Source: a virus
Lineage: Duplodnaviria; Caudoviricetes
Virus record (IMG/VR): IMGVR_UViG_3300028591_000131
Coordinates: 39,185 to 103,184 of that record
DNA: 64,000 nucleotides
Reading direction: 5' to 3' (one strand)
Below the pieces are notes generated by a model, which did not search any database, was not told the DNA's origin, and worked only from the letters and a program-made list of their open reading frames with translations. Positions within the stretch are counted from its first letter, which is position 1; each line of letters begins with the position of its first letter. Shown piece after piece: positions 48,518 through 57,879 of this stretch. The position numbers and the translations under genes were made by a program.

Positions 48518-48940
48518 ATGAATTCGGAGCTTACACAAACCGAAGTAGTAGCACAAGAGCTTAAACGCTCAGATTTAAAATCAGATCCGTTATATCCATT
48601 TTATATACAATTACGTGAGATATTTCCAAAGGGATTAAAGCCTGGAACAAATAATCCTTGGAGAGATCATCCTTCTATAATCAAAGATAGATTCAAATTA
48701 TTAAAGAAACACTTTGGGTATGAGATTGATCAAGAAGAGGTATTAGAAGCTACAAAAAAATATGTTGAATCTTTTGCAGGAGACTATGATTTCATGCGAA
48801 CTTTGAAATATTTCATTATTAAACGTACAGTATTAGATGGTGCAACGGAATATGTTTCTGATTTGCTGTCATATATTCAAATGTTAAGTGACGGTGAAGA
48901 AATAAACAACAATAATAATTGGGTAGCCGATTTAAAATAG
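48518..48940 (+). CDS. Conserved crAss-like replication-region protein
   Basis: 'LREIFPKG', 'EATKKYV...MRTLKYFI'. Confidence 0.6.
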   Translation: MNSELTQTEVVAQELKRSDLKSDPLYPFYIQLREIFPKGLKPGTNNPWRDHPSIIKDRFKLLKKHFGYEIDQEEVLEATKKYVESFAGDYDFMRTLKYFIIKRTVLDGATEYVSDLLSYIQMLSDGEEINNNNNWVADLK

Positions 48941-48962
48941 TTATAAACCAACAATTAAAATT

Positions 48963-49361
48963 ATGAAAAAGATTGGAGTTTATGGTTCCTTGAGAAAAGG
49001 TATGTATAACCATATTTTATTAGATAATGATGAATCACATTATCTTCGTACAGAACAATTGGAAATACCGTTTAAAATGATACCTTATTCGAGTTTTCCA
49101 GCATTGATTTCTGATGATAAAATTAACAAGATTGAAATGGAAATTTATGAAGTTTCTGATCTCGTTTATCAAAATGTTGAAAGACTTGAGGGTTATCCTT
49201 CATTTTATGATAAAGAATCTATTATTGATAAAGACAGTGGGGATCCGATTGAATTTTATGTTATTAGGGATTCTTCAAATAGATATCGTGAAATGTTTGC
49301 AGAACAAGAATCTATTGTAGATTGGGTTTCTTATTATAATCAAAATCATCCAAGATACTAA
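48963..49361 (+). CDS. Gamma-glutamyl cyclotransferase (AIG2-like)
   Basis: 'VYGSLRKG..NH', 'ERLEGYP'. Confidence 0.85.
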   Translation: MKKIGVYGSLRKGMYNHILLDNDESHYLRTEQLEIPFKMIPYSSFPALISDDKINKIEMEIYEVSDLVYQNVERLEGYPSFYDKESIIDKDSGDPIEFYVIRDSSNRYREMFAEQESIVDWVSYYNQNHPRY

Positions 49362-49373
49362 TACTTATATAAT

Positions 49374-50159
49374 ATGGAATTTATCGATAATGAAGTAATT
49401 GAAATAAAACAGAAACCTGGTTTTGATGGAATGCTTGAACAAATTGATTTGTGTACTGGTATATGTTATGGCAGAACACAAGCACATTCCATAGAAAAAC
49501 AAAGAGAATTTGTTGATAAACTGATAAAAGCAAACCACATGCGTGGTCTTGAATTCGGCACAGTATATTTGACATTCAAGGATGAAAGTATTATAGACGA
49601 AGTTTCGATTTTTGATTTTTTAAATTCATATTGTATGTTTACACAAATTGATGACACTGTCTATTTAACCACTAATTACAGATATATTGTTGAAAATAAT
49701 ATGGAATATCTCCTTAATTATATTTCAGAACCTACAGAACATCACATAAAACGTAGAACATTTAAGATAATATGTGGTAGAGCTATTGCAGATGAATTAA
49801 GAACTCATACTACATTAAGTGGCTTGATGCAATCTACAAGATTTTGCAATATGTCCGATATGAAAGTTGTGTTTCCAAAATGGATAACTCGTGCAACTAA
49901 ACAACAAATTGATAATTATACAAAAGCTTTGAATAATGCGCAAAATGCGTATTGTGAGTTAGTAAGTAGTGGTGTATCAAAACAATATGCTCGTGGTGTA
50001 TTACCATTAGATGTTGCAACTACGGTAATACTTTGTGGTTTTGAAGGTGTTGACAATACTGGTTGGGATCGTTTTATTAAATTAAGAACTGCAAGTTCTG
50101 CGCATGAAGATGCAATTGTTATAGCTAACCAAATTGAATCAATACTAAATGAAGGATAA
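49374..50159 (+). CDS. thyX: Flavin-dependent thymidylate synthase
   Basis: 'RAIADELRTH...QSTRFC', 'ARGVLP', 'FIKLR..SSAH'. Confidence 0.8.
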   Translation: MEFIDNEVIEIKQKPGFDGMLEQIDLCTGICYGRTQAHSIEKQREFVDKLIKANHMRGLEFGTVYLTFKDESIIDEVSIFDFLNSYCMFTQIDDTVYLTTNYRYIVENNMEYLLNYISEPTEHHIKRRTFKIICGRAIADELRTHTTLSGLMQSTRFCNMSDMKVVFPKWITRATKQQIDNYTKALNNAQNAYCELVSSGVSKQYARGVLPLDVATTVILCGFEGVDNTGWDRFIKLRTASSAHEDAIVIANQIESILNEG

Positions 50160-50358
50160 AAATTTTATATTATGGTTAAAACATAACTTGTTTTGGACAT
50201 GGCATAAAAAATATCAAAAAGAAGAATTGTTTCAAAATTTTATAAACAATATGACAGAAGAACAAAAACAAGGGTATTATAAACAATATTTGTCTGATAA
50301 ACTTAAACAAAATGAAAAAGATAATACTGAAAATCAAGAAAATCTTGAATCCAAATGA
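50149..50358 (+). CDS. Hypothetical protein
   Basis: 69 aa. Confidence 0.5.
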   Translation: MKDKNFILWLKHNLFWTWHKKYQKEELFQNFINNMTEEQKQGYYKQYLSDKLKQNEKDNTENQENLESK

Positions 50359-50701
50359 GTTTGTTGCTATAAATAGATCTGAACGTTATGTTATAATGAC
50401 AATGTTAAAGCTACTTAAAAACAAAGATGTTGAGTTGCTTTTACACCCTAAACGTGAAGAATACTATATTAACGCAAAACCGTTCAATATGTTGATTATA
50501 GGTAATGTTGAAAATCCAAGTCAAGTTACTGTAGTAAATCATAAATATCATTATATTTTACCATTTAGTTGTAGAGCAATAAATATATTTAAGGAACATT
50601 TTATACAAGAAACAGTAAGACGTAGAGAAGAATTATTAATCCAATATATCAACAATACAGAAAATGCGTTAAAAACAGTACATGATTCAATACATATATA
50701 A
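50312..50701 (+). CDS. Hypothetical protein
   Basis: 129 aa. Confidence 0.55.
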   Translation: MKKIILKIKKILNPNEFVAINRSERYVIMTMLKLLKNKDVELLLHPKREEYYINAKPFNMLIIGNVENPSQVTVVNHKYHYILPFSCRAINIFKEHFIQETVRRREELLIQYINNTENALKTVHDSIHI

Positions 50702-50721
50702 ATTAACTTAAAGAATTAAAA

Positions 50722-51441
50722 ATGTCAAAAAAACGATTAAAAGAAAAAGAAGTTGTTGTTGAGACAACAGAACCGTTATTTACATCCAATAAAAAAGTTC
50801 CAGTTCCAAAGAAAGTACCTACAAAGTATGATGAGTTACAATCTGAATTAGATCTCTTAAAGCTTACAGTTGTTACTTTAAAAGCACAGTTAAACGGTCT
50901 TATAAAATTCACTACACCCAAATTAGATCTTAACTTTAAGAAATTGAATGAACGTGCTGTAATACCTACATATATTACAGAACATTCTGCTGGAATGGAT
51001 TTAACAGCAATAAATGTAGAATATGATGAAGAAACTGACACTTATTGTTATCATACAGGATTAGCTGTAGAAATTCCAGTAGGTTGTGTTGGTTTGTTAT
51101 TTCCAAAGAGTGGTATATACAAAAAAACATTATCACTTAAAAATTGCGTAGGTGTAGTTGATTCAGATTATCGTGGTGAAATTATGTTACGATTCAAAGG
51201 AGATGGAGAACATTACGATATATTACAAAGAAATCGTAGTATATTTTCATTTTTGTTCAAAAACTTAAAACCAAGACCATACGATGTAAGTGATAAAGTG
51301 GCACAAATGATTGTTGTAAAATTACCAGATGTATATATTCACGAAGTAGAAAATTTATCAGAAACAGAAAGAGGTACAAAAGGTTTTGGTAAAATGGATG
51401 AGCAAACATTAACTGAAACTAAAACCGTAAATGAACAATAA
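50722..51441 (+). CDS. dut: Trimeric dUTPase with N-terminal extension
   Basis: 'SAGMDL', 'PKSG', 'GVVDSDYRGEI', 'AQM', 'ERGTKGFG'. Confidence 0.88.
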   Translation: MSKKRLKEKEVVVETTEPLFTSNKKVPVPKKVPTKYDELQSELDLLKLTVVTLKAQLNGLIKFTTPKLDLNFKKLNERAVIPTYITEHSAGMDLTAINVEYDEETDTYCYHTGLAVEIPVGCVGLLFPKSGIYKKTLSLKNCVGVVDSDYRGEIMLRFKGDGEHYDILQRNRSIFSFLFKNLKPRPYDVSDKVAQMIVVKLPDVYIHEVENLSETERGTKGFGKMDEQTLTETKTVNEQ

Positions 51442-52633
51442 ATATCGTTCGTTACTTGATAAATTAGCCACGTTACAAAACAATGTGTTATCGGGGAAGG
51501 TTAATTGTATACCTTCCCCGTTTCCACGGTTTAATGAAGACTTTGTTGGTATTGAACATGGAAAAAACATAATTGTGACGGCAAATACTAAAATTGGAAA
51601 AACTCAATTGACCAATTTTATATTTATATATCATGCATTATTTTATGCTTATACACACCAAGATCAAATTCGTTTGAAAATTATGTATTTTCCTTTAGAA
51701 GAAACTGAAGAAAATATAACTTTAAGGTTTATATCTCATTTATTGTATAAGTATTCATATAATGCTGAACATCCTGAACAAAGAATAAGAATCGGTACAA
51801 AAGATTTGAAATCTACAAAACCGGATAAACCATTGAATGAAAATATACTTAAATTATTAGAACAAGATCCATATAAATCAATAATGGATTTTTATTATGA
51901 AGCTGTTGAATTTAGAACTGAACGTAATCCAACTGGTATTAACAAAGCAGTCGAAAGTTTTTGTTTGGAAAATGGAAAAGTATTTAAAAAGAAAATCACA
52001 ATTCTCGATAAAGCAACCGGTCAAATGGAAACTTTAGATGCTTTTGACAGATATGAACCAAATGATCCGGATTTATATTTTATACCGATTGTTGATCATA
52101 TGGGTTTGTTAAACAGTGAATCAGGATTGTCTCTAAAAGCAACTATGGATTTAATGTCTGCATATTTTGTAAAATTAAGAAATAGATATAATATTACAAC
52201 AGTGGAAGTTGTTCAACAAGCAGCTGATGTAGAATCAACAGAGAACTTTAAAATGAAGAAACTCAGACCTACCGCAAACGGATTAGGTGATTCAAAAACA
52301 ATCAGTAGAGATTGCGATTTAATGCTTGGTTTATTCAGTCCATTTAGACATGAAATCCCAAATTATCTTGGATATGATATAACAAAATTCAGAAATCACA
52401 TTCGTTTTATGGAAGTAATCATCAATCGTGAAGGAGAGCAGAATGGTATTTGTCCATTGTATTTTGATGGTCTTACCAATACATTCGAAGAACTTCCAAA
52501 ACCCACAGATTCTCAAATAGAAAAATATTATTCCAAGGTGAGACAATTAAATCTGTTGATAACTAAAATCAGAAAACAAAATAAACAAATAAAACATTCA
52601 AAAATTATCAAAATATGGAAAAATATACTATAA
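51431..52633 (+). CDS. DnaB-like replicative helicase
   Basis: 'ANTKIGKT', 'PLEE', 'IVDH', 'VVQQ', 'LGDSK...RDCD'. Confidence 0.82.
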   Translation: MNNKYRSLLDKLATLQNNVLSGKVNCIPSPFPRFNEDFVGIEHGKNIIVTANTKIGKTQLTNFIFIYHALFYAYTHQDQIRLKIMYFPLEETEENITLRFISHLLYKYSYNAEHPEQRIRIGTKDLKSTKPDKPLNENILKLLEQDPYKSIMDFYYEAVEFRTERNPTGINKAVESFCLENGKVFKKKITILDKATGQMETLDAFDRYEPNDPDLYFIPIVDHMGLLNSESGLSLKATMDLMSAYFVKLRNRYNITTVEVVQQAADVESTENFKMKKLRPTANGLGDSKTISRDCDLMLGLFSPFRHEIPNYLGYDITKFRNHIRFMEVIINREGEQNGICPLYFDGLTNTFEELPKPTDSQIEKYYSKVRQLNLLITKIRKQNKQIKHSKIIKIWKNIL

Positions 52634-52932
52634 AAATAAATGATGTGGAAGTTGAAGTATTGACAGATAGTGTATTTCCACGAATACTTGGTAAATTTGA
52701 TAAAATTACCAAGAAGGTTATTCCTCAACAACCAAATATTTATAGAGCGTACGGTTTGCATAAATTTGACAATAAAGATGAATATTTGGAAAATCAAATT
52801 ATTATAGCTTATGGTTATCCCAATACAAAATTTGCTGAAAAGGGATATGCTTATTCTACTCCAAATAATAAAATTGGTGCATTAGATGATTTACCGAACT
52901 TATTGCATCAAAAATTAACAAAATATCTATAA
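52615..52932 (+). CDS. Hypothetical protein
   Basis: 105 aa. Confidence 0.55.
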   Translation: MEKYTIKINDVEVEVLTDSVFPRILGKFDKITKKVIPQQPNIYRAYGLHKFDNKDEYLENQIIIAYGYPNTKFAEKGYAYSTPNNKIGALDDLPNLLHQKLTKYL

Positions 52933-52933
52933 A

Positions 52934-53137
52934 ATGTGGGACTTTAGTGTACATGATTATACACATTGTAAACAATCAGAATGTCCCAAAAAAGACGAAT
53001 GTTACCGTTATTGGTTATATGAACAAGATTTAAAAATTGAAAAAGAAACACACGAAGATACATATTGTTGTTACTTTGAAATAAGTCCTGAACAAGCGTT
53101 AACGTGTTCGTCTTTTTTATCTAAAAAATTAGTATAA
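52934..53137 (+). CDS. Small Cys-rich protein
   Basis: 'DYTHC...CPKKDECYRY'. Confidence 0.6.
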   Translation: MWDFSVHDYTHCKQSECPKKDECYRYWLYEQDLKIEKETHEDTYCCYFEISPEQALTCSSFLSKKLV

Positions 53138-53499
53138 TGGAAAGTTTACATTTTGCAACAGAATTTCGCAATGTTACGTATTCGGATATCGAATATTTTC
53201 GTAGCTGTAAATCAGAAGTAAATAAATTTTTGAATGATTTATTTAATAAAACTTGTCATAACAAAGAAGATGATATTTATTTTGATGGTTATCCAATAGA
53301 AAATTCAAATTATATTGAGATCGACAAAGGTAGTTTTAATAAAATGTTGAATTACGTTAGACGATTAGATAAAGACGATATAATTTTGGATTGTAAAGAT
53401 GTCAATTATACAGCAGGAGAAATTCAATCGATAATGCAATATATGCAACAAAATTCACCAGAAAACACTACTGATATAATGTTAATTTGGTATGAGTAA
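53137..53499 (+). CDS. Hypothetical protein
   Basis: 120 aa. Confidence 0.55.
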   Translation: MESLHFATEFRNVTYSDIEYFRSCKSEVNKFLNDLFNKTCHNKEDDIYFDGYPIENSNYIEIDKGSFNKMLNYVRRLDKDDIILDCKDVNYTAGEIQSIMQYMQQNSPENTTDIMLIWYE

Positions 53500-53758
53500 T
53501 AAACATAAAATAAAGAATGTTTTGAATGATAACGTAAATCATCCATCACATTATACAAGTCATCCGTCCGGAATAGAATGTATTGAAGTTACAAGACATT
53601 ATAATTTTGATATCGGCAATGCTATTAAATATTTATGGAGAAATGGACTGAAAAATGACTGTGGAAGAAATCCGATAGATAAACAAATTGAGGATTTGAA
53701 AAAGGCTATCTGGTATATTAATGATCAAATAAAATTATTGGAAAAAATGAGAAAGTAA
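53492..53758 (+). CDS. DUF3310-type (T7 gp1.7-like nucleotide kinase family) protein
   Basis: 'DNVNHPSHY...IECIE...GNAIKYLWR...EDLKKAIWY'. Confidence 0.8.
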   Translation: MSNKHKIKNVLNDNVNHPSHYTSHPSGIECIEVTRHYNFDIGNAIKYLWRNGLKNDCGRNPIDKQIEDLKKAIWYINDQIKLLEKMRK

Positions 53759-53810
53759 TAAAAAAAATAAAAAAAATCACATTTTTGACCGAACGTATTA
53801 AAAATTTTTG

Positions 53811-53820
53811 TATCTTTGCA
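53811..53820 (+). promoter_or_regulatory. Bacteroidota-type -7 promoter box
   Basis: TATCTTTGCA with an upstream TTTG, intergenic. Confidence 0.65.
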
Positions 53821-53853
53821 TACAAATAAATTTATTAATTTAATACGTTTTAT

Positions 53854-54300
53854 ATGGAAGAATTTAACAACAAAAGACAAGAAAAAATTAACTTTGAGGA
53901 GGCAATGGAAAAGCTTTCCGATATTATTAATGAAATGTTTGCCGATACAGATATGACAGTTCATATTACAATTGGACAAGACAAAGAACAAAAAGAAGAA
54001 TGTAAATGCAAACCTAAAAGAAAAATAAAAAAACCTGAAGAATTGACAATAGGTGAACAATATGTTTTATATTTGTTAAAACAAAACAAGTTTTCACCGT
54101 GTGAAATGAATTTTGATAAGCTGTTATCTACTATTATAGATACACCTATTGTACAATTTATTGCGGAAACTCGTTTGAATAATGTAGATGAAAGAGTACA
54201 ATCTCAAACAAGAGATTTGATTTCAGATATTATAAGTTCCATTATGTTAGTTGATTTTTCAAAGTTAATTGAAATTTTGCCGGAAGATAAGCGTTGTTAA
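53854..54300 (+). CDS. Hypothetical protein
   Basis: 148 aa. Confidence 0.6.
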   Translation: MEEFNNKRQEKINFEEAMEKLSDIINEMFADTDMTVHITIGQDKEQKEECKCKPKRKIKKPEELTIGEQYVLYLLKQNKFSPCEMNFDKLLSTIIDTPIVQFIAETRLNNVDERVQSQTRDLISDIISSIMLVDFSKLIEILPEDKRC

Positions 54301-54332
54301 TTTTTAGGGGGAATTATATATTCCCCCAATTT

Positions 54333-54403
54333 TGAGCTATCGTCTAATGGCAAGACACCAGATTTTGGTTCTGGGAATCGAAGTTCGAATCTTCGTAGCT
54401 CAA
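54333..54403 (+). tRNA. tRNA-Gln(UUG)
   Basis: Acceptor TGAGCTA/TAGCTCA, anticodon arm CCAGA-TTTTGGT-TCTGG, T arm CGAAG-TTCGAAT-CTTCG. Confidence 0.9.
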
Positions 54404-54587
54404 CATAAAAGTCCAATGAAGTGCTAGCTAGTAGTTGGGAACGTACCTAGAATCCGACGCCAAGTAATTGGTAGGTATAAGGCAAATATGCTGATTGAGA
54501 GGATACTGAATCGTATGTGTCAGTGGATGTTGGGGAGGTCATCGGTAATTTAACTCCTATAGATACCTTGCTTTTTTGCAAGGACGT

Positions 54588-54615
54588 GGGGATTGTGTTT
54601 ACAATCCCCTTTTTT
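54588..54615 (+). terminator. Rho-independent terminator
   Basis: ggggattgt-gttt-acaatcccc followed by T6. Confidence 0.75.
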
Positions 54616-54641
54616 ATGAACGTTCATTTAAATCTAAAAAT

Positions 54642-54905
54642 ATGACAAATGAAGAATTGCAATGGAATATCCGGGTGTACTCTAATTTGTATCCAAAAAA
54701 TTCTAATCCAAAACCTATTGCAAAAAACGATTTGATTGTGGGTAAATCATATACAGGTATTTGTAGAAACGCTAATGTTGCAAAATGGAATGGTGAAAAA
54801 TTTGAATATCAAAGAACAAAATTTGGATCTACATTTACGGAAACAATTAATCATTTTGAAGATGATAACGGTTACGATGTTTTTGTACCGTTTGAAATAG
54901 TTTAA
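54642..54905 (+). CDS. Hypothetical protein
   Basis: Start trimmed to ATG 54642; 'Y.GICRNA.VAKWNG..F.Y.R.KFG'. Confidence 0.65.
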   Translation: MTNEELQWNIRVYSNLYPKNSNPKPIAKNDLIVGKSYTGICRNANVAKWNGEKFEYQRTKFGSTFTETINHFEDDNGYDVFVPFEIV

Positions 54906-54924
54906 ACTTTTAAATATTAAAATT

Positions 54925-56136
54925 ATGAATAAACAAAGAGCTTTGGCGCATATTGAAAAAATTGCGTGGATTAAACCTATTGAAGGTGCAGATAATATTG
55001 AACTTGTTGGAGTTTTAGGCTGGCAATGTATTGCCAAAAAAGGTGAATTTCAAGTAAATGATTTGTGCGTTTACATTGAAATCGATTCCAAAGTACCGGA
55101 AAAGGAAGAATTTGAGTTTCTTAGAAAGAAAGACTTTAAAATTAAAACTATGAAACTTAATAAATTCAAAGATGAATATGGCAATAGTATTGTATCACAA
55201 GGTATTGCTATGCCAATAAGTAATTTTGGTAATCTTTCTGTAGTGGATAATTTTTATGAAGGTGGCGATGTAACTTCACAACTTGGTGTGACATATTCAG
55301 ATCCGGAAGATCAAAAGCGCAAGACAACTAATCCATATACCAAATATGATAATATGAAACGAAGACATAAGAAAGTTTTCTCAAATAAATTTGTTAAACG
55401 TCTTATGCGATATGCATGGTTTCGCAAACTTATGTTTGCTATATTTGGTAAAAAATCAGATAAACCTTTACAATTTCCCAGTTGGATTCAAAAAACAGAC
55501 GAAGAACGTATTGAAAATCTTCCTCAATATCTTGAAGATTACGATACTGTATGGGAAATGACCGAAAAAGTCGATGGTACTTCTACTACATTTGCTATGG
55601 AAAAAACAAAAGAAAGAATATTTGACAAGCCTAAATATGAATTAATTGTATGTTCTAGAAACGTAAGGCAACATACTCCGGAACAGAAAAGTTTCTTTGA
55701 TGTGAATGTGTATTGGGAAATTGCAATGAAATATAATATTCAACACGCTTTACAAAGAATTATTGAACTTTACGATTGTGATAAAGTAATATTGCAAGGC
55801 GAAACATATGGAGAAAACATTCAGAAAAATCCATATAAAAAACAAGGTATAGACTTTGCAGCATTTAACTTAATTACGATTAAAAACGGAAAATGTGATA
55901 AACGCACTTGGGTTAACATGAACACTATTTGTAGTATGTTTCATATTCCATGTGTACCATATCTTGGTATTTTTCAATTTACAAAAGAAATAGATATGCA
56001 TAAATTCAAAGAAATGGCAGACGGTCAAAGTAAATTAAATAACGTTAAACGTGAAGGTATTGTTTATCGTAATAGAAATAATCCATATATAAGTTTTAAA
56101 AATGTATCTAATCAATATTTATTGAAACAAAAATAA
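54925..56136 (+). CDS. RNA ligase (Rnl2/DRB0094-type)
   Basis: N-terminal 'IKPIEGADNIE' OB-like domain; 'TEKVDGTS', 'LQGE', 'REGIV', 'SFKNVSNQYLLK'. Confidence 0.85.
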   Translation: MNKQRALAHIEKIAWIKPIEGADNIELVGVLGWQCIAKKGEFQVNDLCVYIEIDSKVPEKEEFEFLRKKDFKIKTMKLNKFKDEYGNSIVSQGIAMPISNFGNLSVVDNFYEGGDVTSQLGVTYSDPEDQKRKTTNPYTKYDNMKRRHKKVFSNKFVKRLMRYAWFRKLMFAIFGKKSDKPLQFPSWIQKTDEERIENLPQYLEDYDTVWEMTEKVDGTSTTFAMEKTKERIFDKPKYELIVCSRNVRQHTPEQKSFFDVNVYWEIAMKYNIQHALQRIIELYDCDKVILQGETYGENIQKNPYKKQGIDFAAFNLITIKNGKCDKRTWVNMNTICSMFHIPCVPYLGIFQFTKEIDMHKFKEMADGQSKLNNVKREGIVYRNRNNPYISFKNVSNQYLLKQK

Positions 56137-56145
56137 AATTAGTTT

Positions 56146-56562
56146 ATGGAAAGAGAAATTTTAGTAAATAAATGGCAAACCCCAGATGGTACTATACTAC
56201 ATAGTAAACACGTACATGATTTTGTAGGACATCGTGATAAAATTACAAAAGAAGAATATTTTATTGACGGAGGAAACGAATATGTAAGAATGTCGATAAA
56301 CAAAACTCCGATGAAAAGTTTATGCTTGTACACAGATAGTCCATTTGAAGAAATTCGAAAAGGATACGGGAGGATAGCGTTTAATGAAGAAACAAAAAAA
56401 CATTATTACATATTGTTAAAAGATATGTCAGATGAACATCTAATCAACGCTATTAATTATAATTATGAACGTGGATACGGATTTTTATGCAAAACAAATG
56501 TACAATATTTGAGAGAATTAATGTATCGCAAAGGTCTGAATGTAGATGACATATATAAATAA
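56146..56562 (+). CDS. Hypothetical protein
   Basis: 'TPDGTILHSKHVHDF...FIDGG.EY'. Confidence 0.65.
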   Translation: MEREILVNKWQTPDGTILHSKHVHDFVGHRDKITKEEYFIDGGNEYVRMSINKTPMKSLCLYTDSPFEEIRKGYGRIAFNEETKKHYYILLKDMSDEHLINAINYNYERGYGFLCKTNVQYLRELMYRKGLNVDDIYK

Positions 56563-56570
56563 ACAAAAAT

Positions 56571-57167
56571 ATGATAAACAACTTTGATGTTATAAAACCT
56601 TTACTTGATTTTCAAACTGAAGATGATTTTTATTTTTTGCAAATCATCAGACGTAAAAAAGAAAATGAAGACTTGGGTAGAAACAATGAAGTTGTACAAA
56701 GTTTTTATATACACTCAATAGAACAATTAGAACGTCTTAAACCACATATAATTCATTTTTGTGAATATTATAACGCCAGAGCTTACATCAACCTGAATGT
56801 TAGAAGTTTTAAGAAAGTTACTTGTCAGTGTGTAAGAGAATTTGCACAACGTGTATGTGATGATAACTATAATAAGCCGCAGGCAATATTCAATACTGTC
56901 TGCGGCCAAATGGGTGCAACACGCAATAAAACGTGGGTTATTGATATAGATGACAATCAAGGATATGATAAATCAGCAATCAAAGGAATAATCGATTTTA
57001 TAAATGAAGAATGTGAACCTTTGAATGTAGAAAAATTTGTAGCTTGGATTCCTACTAAAAACGGTCAACATGTTATTACAACACCGTTTAACTTACAACG
57101 ATTTAAAACTTTATGTCCGAACATTGAAGTACATAAAAATAATCCAACAATACTTTATGCAATATAA
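56571..57167 (+). CDS. Possible AEP/prim-pol superfamily protein
   Basis: DxD ('VIDID') and 'TKNGQH' motifs. Confidence 0.5.
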   Translation: MINNFDVIKPLLDFQTEDDFYFLQIIRRKKENEDLGRNNEVVQSFYIHSIEQLERLKPHIIHFCEYYNARAYINLNVRSFKKVTCQCVREFAQRVCDDNYNKPQAIFNTVCGQMGATRNKTWVIDIDDNQGYDKSAIKGIIDFINEECEPLNVEKFVAWIPTKNGQHVITTPFNLQRFKTLCPNIEVHKNNPTILYAI

Positions 57168-57190
57168 TTAAATAGTTTTAACAAATTAGA

Positions 57191-57715
57191 TTGAAAATGG
57201 ATAATTTAAATGATATATTAAAAGATCGTATAATCAGTGAAATAAATACAGGTGAAAACACAGTTGTTATTCACTTAAAACCAAAAGAAAAACTTCTCCC
57301 GAAATCGTGGGAGGAGTTCTGCGAAAATTACCCAAGAAAAGAAAAAGAAGCGTTTATTACAAGTGATTCTTGCATAGAAGTTTCCGGTATCGAAAGAAAA
57401 TTTAAGTTAGTAAATCAAGACAAAAATTTACTCCCTGACCGAGCTACCGCCGAGGCTGTCCTCGCGCTGTGCCAGCTTATCCAGCTGCGAAACGCATACA
57501 ACGGCAACTGGGTGCCGAATTGGTTTGATTATCATCAAACTAAATATATTATAAATCTTGACGAAAAAGATATTGTCATGGGAGACAGGACGACTGTTGG
57601 TGAAATTTTGTATTTCAAAACCGCAGAGCTGCGTGACGAGTTCCTGCGCAACTTCCGCCCTCTGATTGAAAAATTGAAGCCGTTGTACGGCATTAAGGAA
57701 GGAGGCAAGGAATGA
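57191..57715 (+). CDS. Hypothetical protein
   Basis: 174 aa with GC-rich patches; ends EGGKE. Confidence 0.7.
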   Translation: MKMDNLNDILKDRIISEINTGENTVVIHLKPKEKLLPKSWEEFCENYPRKEKEAFITSDSCIEVSGIERKFKLVNQDKNLLPDRATAEAVLALCQLIQLRNAYNGNWVPNWFDYHQTKYIINLDEKDIVMGDRTTVGEILYFKTAELRDEFLRNFRPLIEKLKPLYGIKEGGKE

Positions 57716-57879
57716 CAAAACAGATGATTGACAAGGCGTGTGAATGGCTAAAAGACAATCTTATAACGGTAGTTACTGATGCTTACATCTATACAGCTTC
57801 GGTTCACAATATCGACAGAGAAGAATTTATCGAACAGTTCAAAAATATATATAAACATGAGAAAGGAGGCGAGGAATGA
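57712..57879 (+). CDS. Small hypothetical protein (55 aa)
   Basis: MTKQMIDKACEWL...KGGEE, ATGA overlaps at both ends; not in the ORF track. Confidence 0.6.
   Translation: MTKQMIDKACEWLKDNLITVVTDAYIYTASVHNIDREEFIEQFKNIYKHEKGGEE

Noticed and set aside
14575-52633. Inteins in terminase, PolB, primase or helicase
   Set aside because: Protein lengths are ordinary and no C/S...HN-C/S/T splice motifs or embedded endonuclease motifs were seen.
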